64,000 nt of DNA from Promethearchaeota archaeon (lineage in GTDB: Archaea; Asgardarchaeota; Lokiarchaeia; Sigyniarchaeales; SOKP01). Under the pieces are notes generated by a model. That model saw only the letters and a program-made list of their open reading frames with translations. It was not told the origin of the DNA and did no database searches. Position numbers and translations under genes: made by a program. Of this stretch, positions 19,605-27,399 are shown in pieces (positions within the stretch are counted from its first letter, which is position 1; each line of letters opens with the position of its first letter). Location: positions 705,063-769,062 of the forward strand of contig JAHPZA010000006.1 of assembly GCA_019058445.1 (NCBI GenBank), written 5' to 3'.

Positions 19605-20243
19605 TTATTGATCATTCAGGCAATGGGGACAAATTGATAGATCTTCACCAATCCATTTACCGCAATGTTTGCAATAGACTTTTTGTTTCTGTTTTACTTG
19701 TCCTCTTAAATAATTTAGAAAGCTTGAAATCACTTCCCGATTATTTATTAATAGATAATCCCCATCAATAGTAAAGTCATATTTATCAGCCCATTCGAAA
19801 ATAATTTCGTCGAATATCTTTTTATCGAGGTTTAAAGTAGTTCCCATAGTATTCAAATTTATTTTATCAGAATTAGTAATTAATTCGTAAAGTTGTTCAA
19901 TTGAACTCTCTTCAATCTTTATGATCTTTTGTTTTTCAAATTTTGATTTTATATCTTCCTTCTCTTTTTCTAATTTAACTTGCTTTTCAGCTAATTCTCT
20001 TTCTTTAATTGACTGTTTTTCAATTAATTCGTTTTTAAATTCCATTGTTTTCTTTTTTTTTGTCAATTGATGATCAATAATGCAAATTGGAATAGATGAA
20101 AACATAATTATGATGAAAATAAGGGCAGTAATATTTACAATAATTTCTCTTTCGCTTCGAAATCTAAACATTAAAATGATGTATCCAATAAAAACAACAA
20201 AAAACAAGATTACGAGAGCTTTTGTTAAAATATATTTTTTCAT
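19605..20243 (-). CDS. Membrane-anchored coiled-coil/winged-helix-like protein (paralog 2) with a C-terminal zinc ribbon
   Basis: Two TM helices and a coiled coil, then INLNTMGTTLNLDKKIFDEIIFEWADKYDFTIDGDYLLINNREVISSFLNYL, and finally CKHCGKWIGEDLSICPHC. Confidence 0.55.
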   Translation of the reverse strand: MKKYILTKALVILFFVVFIGYIILMFRFRSEREIIVNITALIFIIIMFSSIPICIIDHQLTKKKKTMEFKNELIEKQSIKERELAEKQVKLEKEKEDIKSKFEKQKIIKIEESSIEQLYELITNSDKINLNTMGTTLNLDKKIFDEIIFEWADKYDFTIDGDYLLINNREVISSFLNYLRGQVKQKQKVYCKHCGKWIGEDLSICPHCLNDQ

Positions 20244-20321
20244 AGGAATCCTCTATACTTTTTTACTATATCTTTATACTTTTTAACAATATTGATATAT
20301 CCATAAAAATTAACTATTAAA

Positions 20322-21530
20322 TTAAATTTTCTTATTTTTTTCTTTTTCTACCTTTTTCCATGTCTCAAATTGTTTATCTAACTCATTTATGAATTCATCG
20401 ATAGTATTTGCATTAACAATAATCTCATCACTTTCGATTTTGAAGCTAAACTTATCTGCCCACTCAAATAGACTCCTCTTAAAGGTATCTTCATCCATAT
20501 TTAGAACATTTCTCATCATATCAAATTTAATACGGTTAGAGACTCTTAGCATCCTATCAAATACTTCTATTGGTTCTCTTATTTTTTTCTCTAATTGAAC
20601 TTTTTGATCAGGTATCTTAACTTTCCTTTTACCTTTATACACTTTAAAATATGCAAAACCTCCTACAATACTTCCAACGGCAACAATTGAGATAATTATG
20701 ATAATAATAATTACAATTTCTTCGAGGTTCGAGTCAACAGGTTCTTCAATTTCTGATATAATGATGTTATATTCACCATAGCCTTCTTTCGCATAAACCT
20801 CAACATATATATTTCTTTCTTTTTCTAATTCAAGTTCAACTTCTTCCTTCCCAGATGTTCCAGTTGTACTGTCTTCTGTTTCTTCAATATCTTTAAAAAA
20901 CACATCGTATGAAACATATAAAACTAAATCTAATCCAATATTATCAGTTTCGACAGAAATAGAGATATTCCCTTCTGGTGCAGTAGTATAGTACCGATCA
21001 ATAAAATAATTGACTATACCTACAGATTCTTTTTCGTCATCTAACTCCAGGAATTTATATCTTATGTTGATATTATTAAAAACAATTATATCAAAAAATC
21101 CACTTCCGCTAGGACAACTCACTTCAATGAAAATTGTATAAGATTGATTTAAGTTGAATGAACATCTTTCTTCTCCACCAGTTTCATATTCATCAATAGA
21201 TTTTATAATATTAGAAAATTGGTCGTCAAAAGCAATTTCAAACTTGATATCCACTCCATAAGGCTCGATCCATATGTAATATAGTCCATTATTTAAACTA
21301 ATGTTAAAGTCTTTTGGATTTCCAACATCGATAGTTTGCATTGACAATTCTTTATTTAATGTTAAATTTTTAGATGCTGAACTCTTTAAATCTATTGATC
21401 TTTTCTGAAAAATATGAATTTTATTCGATTCTTCTATATTTGAATTCTGAGCTATTAAGATAAATCCAAAAGCATTTGATAAGATGATTAAAATAAAAAG
21501 AAATCTAAATTCAAATAACTTAGGTTTCAT
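20322..21530 (-). CDS. Type-I membrane protein: N-terminal signal/TM, ~260-aa extracytoplasmic domain, TM, cytoplasmic winged-helix-like domain (paralog 3)
   Basis: The TM helix is IVIIIIIIISIVAVGSIVGGFAYF. It is followed by KGKRKVK... and VSNRIKFDMMRNVLNMDEDTFKRSLFEWADKFSFKIESDEIIVNANTIDEFINELDKQFETWKK, clearly homologous to the C-termini of the two neighbouring genes. Confidence 0.55.
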   Translation of the reverse strand: MKPKLFEFRFLFILIILSNAFGFILIAQNSNIEESNKIHIFQKRSIDLKSSASKNLTLNKELSMQTIDVGNPKDFNISLNNGLYYIWIEPYGVDIKFEIAFDDQFSNIIKSIDEYETGGEERCSFNLNQSYTIFIEVSCPSGSGFFDIIVFNNINIRYKFLELDDEKESVGIVNYFIDRYYTTAPEGNISISVETDNIGLDLVLYVSYDVFFKDIEETEDSTTGTSGKEEVELELEKERNIYVEVYAKEGYGEYNIIISEIEEPVDSNLEEIVIIIIIIISIVAVGSIVGGFAYFKVYKGKRKVKIPDQKVQLEKKIREPIEVFDRMLRVSNRIKFDMMRNVLNMDEDTFKRSLFEWADKFSFKIESDEIIVNANTIDEFINELDKQFETWKKVEKEKNKKI

Positions 21531-21893
21531 TTTTTTGAATCTTAATTATTTGTTAATATTAATTTAAAAAAGATATATTAAAATATTATTTTAAAAATTT
21601 AAGAGTTTTAAATTTCTTATTACTAAAAATGTAATATTTATAAATTTATACTATCAAAAAAATATTTTAAAATTAATTCGAAGACATATGTTAATCTTAT
21701 TATTTTGTGAAGTGAAAGATAATCAAGGCTTATTTATAGAATATAAATATGTTTAAATATTATTATAATAACAAAATTCTAATTATATAAAGGAAATATT
21801 TTTCCATATGGAAACATTTATATATTTATAAGAAATTATATTTTGTAATTTCCTTTATTTTAAAATAATTCAAAATAATGTTAGGCAAAAAAA

Positions 21894-22418
21894 ATGGGAT
21901 TTAAAATGTTTGAAAGTTTCCAAAAAAGAACAATAGTACTTTTTATATTATGTCTAATTATACTAATCTTAAATTCAATTTTCTTGACTCTTGGAATTTT
22001 TTTCTATCATAGTATTTTTTTGGATGCTCTGATTTATATTGTTGGATTTATAATTACGATTATTGGGATTTATAACAAACATAAGTATGGTTTTATATTA
22101 GCGATTATTTTTTCAGCAATTGGATTGATAATTAGCTTATTAGTAAGCTTCATAATGTTTACTATTTTAGAATTAATCGATCTGACAATTTTTCTAATTA
22201 CTTTAATTATATCAATTATGGAAATTGTAGATTATGAAAAAAATTATCAGACTAATATAGATCAAAAAGCTACTAAAAAAATAACTCAGAAACAATATTA
22301 TTCACCACCAATATATCAACAATCTATTCAAGATGAAAAACCCAAATTTTGTCCTAATTGTGGTGAAGCTGCCGATGGGCAATATTGTCGGGTATGTGGT
22401 GAGAAAATTGACACATAA
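21894..22418 (+). CDS. Polytopic membrane protein with a Q/P/Y-rich linker and C-terminal zinc ribbon (tandem paralog A)
   Basis: Four hydrophobic helices, then YEKNYQ...YYSPPIYQQSIQDEKPKFCPNCGEAADGQYCRVCGEKI. Confidence 0.5.
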   Translation: MGFKMFESFQKRTIVLFILCLIILILNSIFLTLGIFFYHSIFLDALIYIVGFIITIIGIYNKHKYGFILAIIFSAIGLIISLLVSFIMFTILELIDLTIFLITLIISIMEIVDYEKNYQTNIDQKATKKITQKQYYSPPIYQQSIQDEKPKFCPNCGEAADGQYCRVCGEKIDT

Positions 22419-22467
22419 TTTTTATTTTAATTATAATATTCTAAATTAAAACAACTAGGGTTTAAAA

Positions 22468-22956
22468 ATGGATAAAAGTTATAAAAATAGAACAATAATA
22501 CTTCTAATATTATGTATTTTTTCAATAGTACTATTTGCAGCTCTTATTGGTATTTATATTGTATTGTATCAGACTATTAACATACTTTCTCTGATATTTA
22601 TCGTTGGATATATTGTTGCAGTAATTGGTGTTTTTACCAAACAAAAATATGGTTTTATTTCAGCTCTAATTACTTCAGCATTAGCATCATTAATATTCAT
22701 AATAGGATTATCACTTCTTGGAGTGATTATTTTTGGAAGTATTTTAGTTTTGGCAATTTTAGAATATAGAGATTATGAAAAAAATTATCAGATGGAAACA
22801 AATCAAAAACCTACTTCCATAGCAACTCAGCAACAATCTTATCCACCACCTGTATATCAACAATCCATTCAAAATGAAAAACCTAAATTTTGTCCAAATT
22901 GTGGTGAAGCTGCTGATGGTCAATATTGTCGGGCATGTGGAAAGAAATTAGAATAG
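22468..22956 (+). CDS. Polytopic membrane protein with a Q/P/Y-rich linker and C-terminal zinc ribbon (tandem paralog B)
   Basis: Same architecture. The C-terminus SYPPPVYQQSIQNEKPKFCPNCGEAADGQYCRACGKKL is nearly identical to paralog A, at DNA level too (about 22300-22403 vs 22841-22942). Confidence 0.5.
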   Translation: MDKSYKNRTIILLILCIFSIVLFAALIGIYIVLYQTINILSLIFIVGYIVAVIGVFTKQKYGFISALITSALASLIFIIGLSLLGVIIFGSILVLAILEYRDYEKNYQMETNQKPTSIATQQQSYPPPVYQQSIQNEKPKFCPNCGEAADGQYCRACGKKLE

Positions 22957-23017
22957 TCTCATAGTATTAATTATATATTATTGAATAATTTAATCTACTT
23001 TAAATTAATTCAAAATA

Positions 23018-24403
23018 ATGCCAGGTAAAAAAAAACCTACTCGAGATATACCTATAAGTTTGCAGGGAATTGAGACCATATTACAATTTTTAAACGAGAA
23101 TTATAAAGAAGAATCAAGTATCAGAAGCATTAGTGAACAAGTAGGTCTTTCTATGAGAGTCGTAAAAAATATTCTACTACAATTAGAGAGATTCAATCAA
23201 GTTGAAAGAGTAGTTGAAAAAAATAAGATTTTACCGAAGTGGAAAATAACGAAATTCGGTAGAAGAGTGATAAAACAAGCGAGAGACATGGGAAAATCTA
23301 TTAAATTTCCAAGTATAGAAGATGAGTTAATATATAACATTACAATTCCCGAGGATTTAGAAAGTATTAAAGATGCAAACAAAAAAAAACACGAATCACT
23401 TATCAACGAATTAGACATAGTGCAAGTTGAAATCAGTAGATTACTTGGCTCAGTTTTAAACTTGGATAATCCAATTTTTGAAGATTTGATGAGTTTCATG
23501 TTAAAACGGATGAAATTCCTTAAAACTAAGGTATCGAATTTATCTATAGATCCTACTGCAGTTCAAAAGATTAAAAAAGTTAGTGAAAAACAAAAAAAAA
23601 TCTCTAAACAGGAGGAGAAGTATATTTTACTAGAAATATATTTTTTAACCTCCATAATTTCAAATGAACTTAAGAGAATTTCGGATTTTAATACAAATAT
23701 CTCTTATCTCATTGAAAATGAGATGTTTTCAAAAGCATACACATTAGCCAAAGATTTACGGGAAGAAATTCGAACACTCACAAGTTTAATCAACCAGAGA
23801 GAATCGATTCGGGTAAATTCTCATATTCTTCCTGAGGATAGTTTAAAAATTCTGTCAAGGGGGAAAGTTGATTCAAAATTATTGGATAATATCATTCAAA
23901 TTCCCTTACATGATGACTTAAAGCAAGAAAATATTAAAGACATCGTCCTTAAATTCCTGGCAATGCTAAAAAAAGGAGAAAAACAGCTTAATGACCATAA
24001 CTACGAAATTTCTGAGAATATTCCACTTTTCGCATTGTATCAACTAATACTGGATGAAAAACCTCACTTAATATTTTCAATTGAAGAATTGGAGCAGATC
24101 ATAAATTCACTTGCCACTGAGGGTTATATTCCTGGAATAAGAATGATTCAAGAAGATCATGATCATTTTCTTAAAATCGTACAATTCAAAGCACATGATA
24201 TTTCAGAAGATGAGAGAAAAATTATATCCATAGCTATTAAATCTCAAAAATTCTCTTTAGCTGACATGATTGACGAAACTGGATGGACAAAAAGTAAGGT
24301 TCTTAGACTTTTGGAGAAACTTACCTCTCAAGGAATTTTAAAATACTCAAAATCATTTTTACATGGCGAAAATTGGTATATTATTTCCGAAAAGAATATA
24401 TAA
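23018..24403 (+). CDS. Multi-winged-helix protein (N-terminal wHTH, helical middle, two C-terminal WH-like modules); function unknown
   Basis: N-terminus: SIRSISEQVGLSMRVVKNILLQLERFNQVERVVEKNKILPKWKITKFG. C-terminus: IEELEQIINSLATEGYIPGIRMIQEDHDHFLKIVQF and FSLADMIDETGWTKSKVLRLLEKLTSQGILKYSKSFLHGENWYII. All three show the helix-turn-helix plus beta-wing pattern. Confidence 0.5.
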   Translation: MPGKKKPTRDIPISLQGIETILQFLNENYKEESSIRSISEQVGLSMRVVKNILLQLERFNQVERVVEKNKILPKWKITKFGRRVIKQARDMGKSIKFPSIEDELIYNITIPEDLESIKDANKKKHESLINELDIVQVEISRLLGSVLNLDNPIFEDLMSFMLKRMKFLKTKVSNLSIDPTAVQKIKKVSEKQKKISKQEEKYILLEIYFLTSIISNELKRISDFNTNISYLIENEMFSKAYTLAKDLREEIRTLTSLINQRESIRVNSHILPEDSLKILSRGKVDSKLLDNIIQIPLHDDLKQENIKDIVLKFLAMLKKGEKQLNDHNYEISENIPLFALYQLILDEKPHLIFSIEELEQIINSLATEGYIPGIRMIQEDHDHFLKIVQFKAHDISEDERKIISIAIKSQKFSLADMIDETGWTKSKVLRLLEKLTSQGILKYSKSFLHGENWYIISEKNI

Positions 24404-24463
24404 ATCAATATTAAAGCATAATTTGAAAAAAAAGTATATAAAACTGAAAATAGGGTTAATATA

Positions 24464-25309
24464 ATGTATAAAGAAATCAAAAATAAAAGATTTGAAGATC
24501 AGGATCCAAAAATTATTGCTTGGCATAGAGAAGACAGAGGAAATTTAAATACTCCTTTAATGTTTTCATTTCCTCAATCAGGAGATAATATTAAGCACAA
24601 GAAATTTTTTGCAGTTAAAGACTATGAAAAAGTGCTTTTCTATAATAAAGGAGAGCTCATAGGAGTACTTGGAGGTGGTATTTATGAGCTTGATAAGAAA
24701 GCGCGAATTAAAGGAACGGAAATTGTCTGGATTGATACATCTTTTATTGAAATACCCTGGGGTATTGCTCAATCAAACGGCATTCCCTCTAAGGATGGTT
24801 ATATTGTTGGATTGCATGGAGACTTGAAATTAAAAATAAATGATGTGAAAGTATTTTACAACGATGTAGTAGCAGGTGTTAAATCATGGACTTCCCAAGA
24901 TCTTAGAGAATGGATAAAAAGCCTGTTACACACTTCATTAAGGGATATATTTAAGAATTATAATGCGAAGAATATAATTTTAGAAGATCGTGAGCGTGTC
25001 ATTAATTTAGTAACTTCTAAAATCACAGAGGAATTTTTGAGGTATGGACTTGAACTTGACTCGTTAAATATCATTGGTATAAAAACTTCTGACAATGCGG
25101 AAAAACTTTTTAAACAGGAAAAACAAAGTAGGGAACATTCTCTTACACAACAACAGAATATCCAAAAGCATATTGACGAATTAAAAAATAAATTGAAAGA
25201 ACTGCAAGATCTTTTACTTAATGATGAAATTTCTCAAGATGATTATGAAAAAAAGAAGAAACAAATCCAAATATTTATCAAAGAAGCCCAGGAAGAATTG
25301 AAAAACTAA
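24464..25309 (+). CDS. SPFH/band-7-superfamily protein (COG4260 'virion core protein'-like) with a C-terminal coiled coil
   Basis: FAVKDYEKVLFYNKGELIGVLGGGIYELDKK...IVWIDTSFIEIPWGI...LHGDLKLKINDVKVFY matches the YdjI-type SPFH pattern. The tail is QQNIQKHIDELKNKLKELQDLLLNDEISQDDYEKKKKQ. Confidence 0.5.
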   Translation: MYKEIKNKRFEDQDPKIIAWHREDRGNLNTPLMFSFPQSGDNIKHKKFFAVKDYEKVLFYNKGELIGVLGGGIYELDKKARIKGTEIVWIDTSFIEIPWGIAQSNGIPSKDGYIVGLHGDLKLKINDVKVFYNDVVAGVKSWTSQDLREWIKSLLHTSLRDIFKNYNAKNIILEDRERVINLVTSKITEEFLRYGLELDSLNIIGIKTSDNAEKLFKQEKQSREHSLTQQQNIQKHIDELKNKLKELQDLLLNDEISQDDYEKKKKQIQIFIKEAQEELKN

Positions 25310-25311
25310 AT

Positions 25312-26394
25312 ATGATAAGTTATAAATTAATACCGCAGTTACGTGAATATTGCATCGTTCAAGGGAGGGAGGAGTGGCTATCTGAATTTACAATAGGGGA
25401 TGTTATTTTCTTAATTTCAAGCATACCCTCAAAAAAGCATTCAATAATTTCCAAAATTGAAGCTGTCGAATTTAGCCAGGATCCTAAAATATATATAGAT
25501 CAGAGGAATCTAGGGATTCTTGGAGAAGGGGATGAAGTCTTTATTTTAAAATACAATCCTGCAATAGCCTTAGAAGTCAATATAAATGTTTCAAAAGATT
25601 ATCGAATAATTACTAAAGGAGAATGGACGTCAAATATAAAACCATCATTATTGAATAAACTCATAGATTACGGACAAGAAGTGTCTTTTTTGATTCCTTG
25701 GGAAGGAGGGGCTCCAATAGTGGGCACGGGAATAATAAATTCAACTTTACCTAATCCTCCAGTTATAATTGGAGATAAAACTCAGATTTATCTAGAAAAA
25801 AGCTCTAATGAAGAACTCTCTGAAATCAAAAGGGAAAAAATGTTAACTCAAGAAGACCGGGTTGACATATTAGAAGCACAAATAAAACATAAAACGCTTA
25901 AATTAATGAGAGAAATAAAACAGAAAAACTATCCAAATAAAGGGCAAAAATATATATTTAAAGCAACCAATCCCAAGCAACTATTTAAATCCATCCTCAA
26001 TGTATTTAAAGGATTTGATTCACTCGAAGAACCTGTAGAACAAACATTTGATGAAAGGGAACAAGATTATCTTGCATCAGCAGTATTCCTTATTAGTCAT
26101 GCTACGACTGCGATTCAATTAATCGACATTCAAATTATGGCTTCCGGGCAATCAGGAACACTAATAATATGGGTTACAGGAGAAAATGAATTAATTATCT
26201 CTGAGATATTAGATAAATATGATACAATCATTTCTCAATTAAAACAAGGTCTGGAACAAAAAGTGGAAGTTGTCAGCGCTCAATGCCCAGAATGTGGAGC
26301 GAATCTTCCAATAAATAATGTGGATATAAATGGAATAGTTGAGTGTATTTATTGTAGTAGGATTTCAAAAATTCCTAAGGCATTGAGATATTAA
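25312..26394 (+). CDS. CDC48/VAT-N (UFD1-like double-psi barrel plus beta-clam)-like N-domain protein with a C-terminal zinc ribbon
   Basis: aa 1-165 contain IGDVIFL...KIYIDQRNLGILGEGDEVFILKYNPAIALEVNI and LLNKLIDYGQEVSFLIPWEGGAPIVGTGIINSTLPNPPVIIGDKTQIYLEK. These follow the VAT-N/CDC48-N consensus (GD-x-V...R-h-D...G-h-x-x-GD-x-V...; P-h-x-x-G-x-x-h...F-x-V-x-x-x-x-P...V-x-I-x-x-x-T-x-I). The C-terminus is CPECGANLP...CIYCSRISK. The ATG lies 2 nt after the SPFH stop. Confidence 0.5.
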   Translation: MISYKLIPQLREYCIVQGREEWLSEFTIGDVIFLISSIPSKKHSIISKIEAVEFSQDPKIYIDQRNLGILGEGDEVFILKYNPAIALEVNINVSKDYRIITKGEWTSNIKPSLLNKLIDYGQEVSFLIPWEGGAPIVGTGIINSTLPNPPVIIGDKTQIYLEKSSNEELSEIKREKMLTQEDRVDILEAQIKHKTLKLMREIKQKNYPNKGQKYIFKATNPKQLFKSILNVFKGFDSLEEPVEQTFDEREQDYLASAVFLISHATTAIQLIDIQIMASGQSGTLIIWVTGENELIISEILDKYDTIISQLKQGLEQKVEVVSAQCPECGANLPINNVDINGIVECIYCSRISKIPKALRY

Positions 26395-26568
26395 ATTTTA
26401 ATTACCTAATAAAATTAGATAGAAATGAATAATAGTAGAAAATTTAGAGTAAAAACGAAGATTTTAGCGATTGGTGATATTAGTAAATATAAAATTACAT
26501 TATTCCTCGAAAACATGGGTGATTAGCCGCTTAAGAAACTACTATGATAAATTAAATTTTGGGAAAAT

Positions 26569-27396
26569 ATGACTCAAAATAGATATACAAGACTTAAGGC
26601 AATTGAGGAGTTCGGTTATGATATCAATTGGGATGATCTTAAAAAATTTCATGTTGGAATAGTCGGTGTTGGAGGGCTTGGTTGTGTTTCTGCTGAAATG
26701 GTTGTTAGATGCGGTATAGGAAAATTAACTCTTTTTGACTTTGATACTGTTGAGGCAGTAAATTTGAACCGGCATATGTTTAAAGACGAACATATAGGGC
26801 AACTAAAAGTCTTGGTTGCAGCAAATATACTAAAAGAGATAAATCCCGAGGTTAAAATAAAATATTTTAACAGGGATATAATGGATCTGAATTTTGAATC
26901 TGAATTTGAAAATGAAATAAAACAGATGGACGTTATTTTAAATGGATTGGATAACATACCAGCCAGAGAATATCTTAATGCTAAATGCATCTTGTTAAAC
27001 ATTCCATATATTGATGCTGGCGCTTCAAGAAGCGGATTATCTGGATATGTTCATCCTATAATCCCATATAAAACAGCTTGTGCCAAGTGTTTAAGTAGCA
27101 TAGCAATAGATATTCCCGATGAGAGAGGTGAGCCTTGTGTAGCCTCTTTACCCTCAACTATGGCAATTTTAGCGAGTATCCAAATCCAAGAAATGTTAAA
27201 ATATCTTCTAAAATTTGGTCGATTGATAGATTATTTAATGTATAATATGATAACAGGTAAATTCTTAGAATATGTAACCAAAAGAGACGGAAACTGTCCG
27301 ATTTGTGGTCAAAAATCTGACATAAAAAACAAATTAGTAAAACCTAAAATCTCTCAAGGAGATTTAAATGATTTAATAGATAAAATTAAAGAATAA
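26569..27396 (+). CDS. UBA5-like E1 (UFM1-activating-enzyme-type ThiF/MoeB-fold adenylyltransferase)
   Basis: - Block-by-block resemblance to human UBA5, recalled from memory.
- YTRLKAIEEFGY vs YSRLMALKRMGI.
- VGIVGVGGLGCVSAEMVVRCGIGKLTLFDFDTVEAVNLNR vs [40 protein letters not shown].
- GASRSGLSGYVHPIIPYKTACAKC vs [24 protein letters not shown].
- RGEPCVASLPSTMAILASIQIQEMLKYLLKFG vs [32 protein letters not shown].
- The candidate catalytic residue is Cys190.
- The Zn site is C171/C174/C243/C246. Confidence 0.88.
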   Translation: MTQNRYTRLKAIEEFGYDINWDDLKKFHVGIVGVGGLGCVSAEMVVRCGIGKLTLFDFDTVEAVNLNRHMFKDEHIGQLKVLVAANILKEINPEVKIKYFNRDIMDLNFESEFENEIKQMDVILNGLDNIPAREYLNAKCILLNIPYIDAGASRSGLSGYVHPIIPYKTACAKCLSSIAIDIPDERGEPCVASLPSTMAILASIQIQEMLKYLLKFGRLIDYLMYNMITGKFLEYVTKRDGNCPICGQKSDIKNKLVKPKISQGDLNDLIDKIKE

Positions 27397-27399
27397 CAG

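Noticed and set aside
26425-26526. 33-aa mini-ORF (MNNSRKFRVKTKILAIGDISKYKITLFLENMGD) in the gap between the CDC48-N-like gene and the E1
   Set aside because: It has no recognisable motif or ribosome-binding context and its length is within chance expectation. It is kept only as a note because of its position inside the UFM1-like locus.
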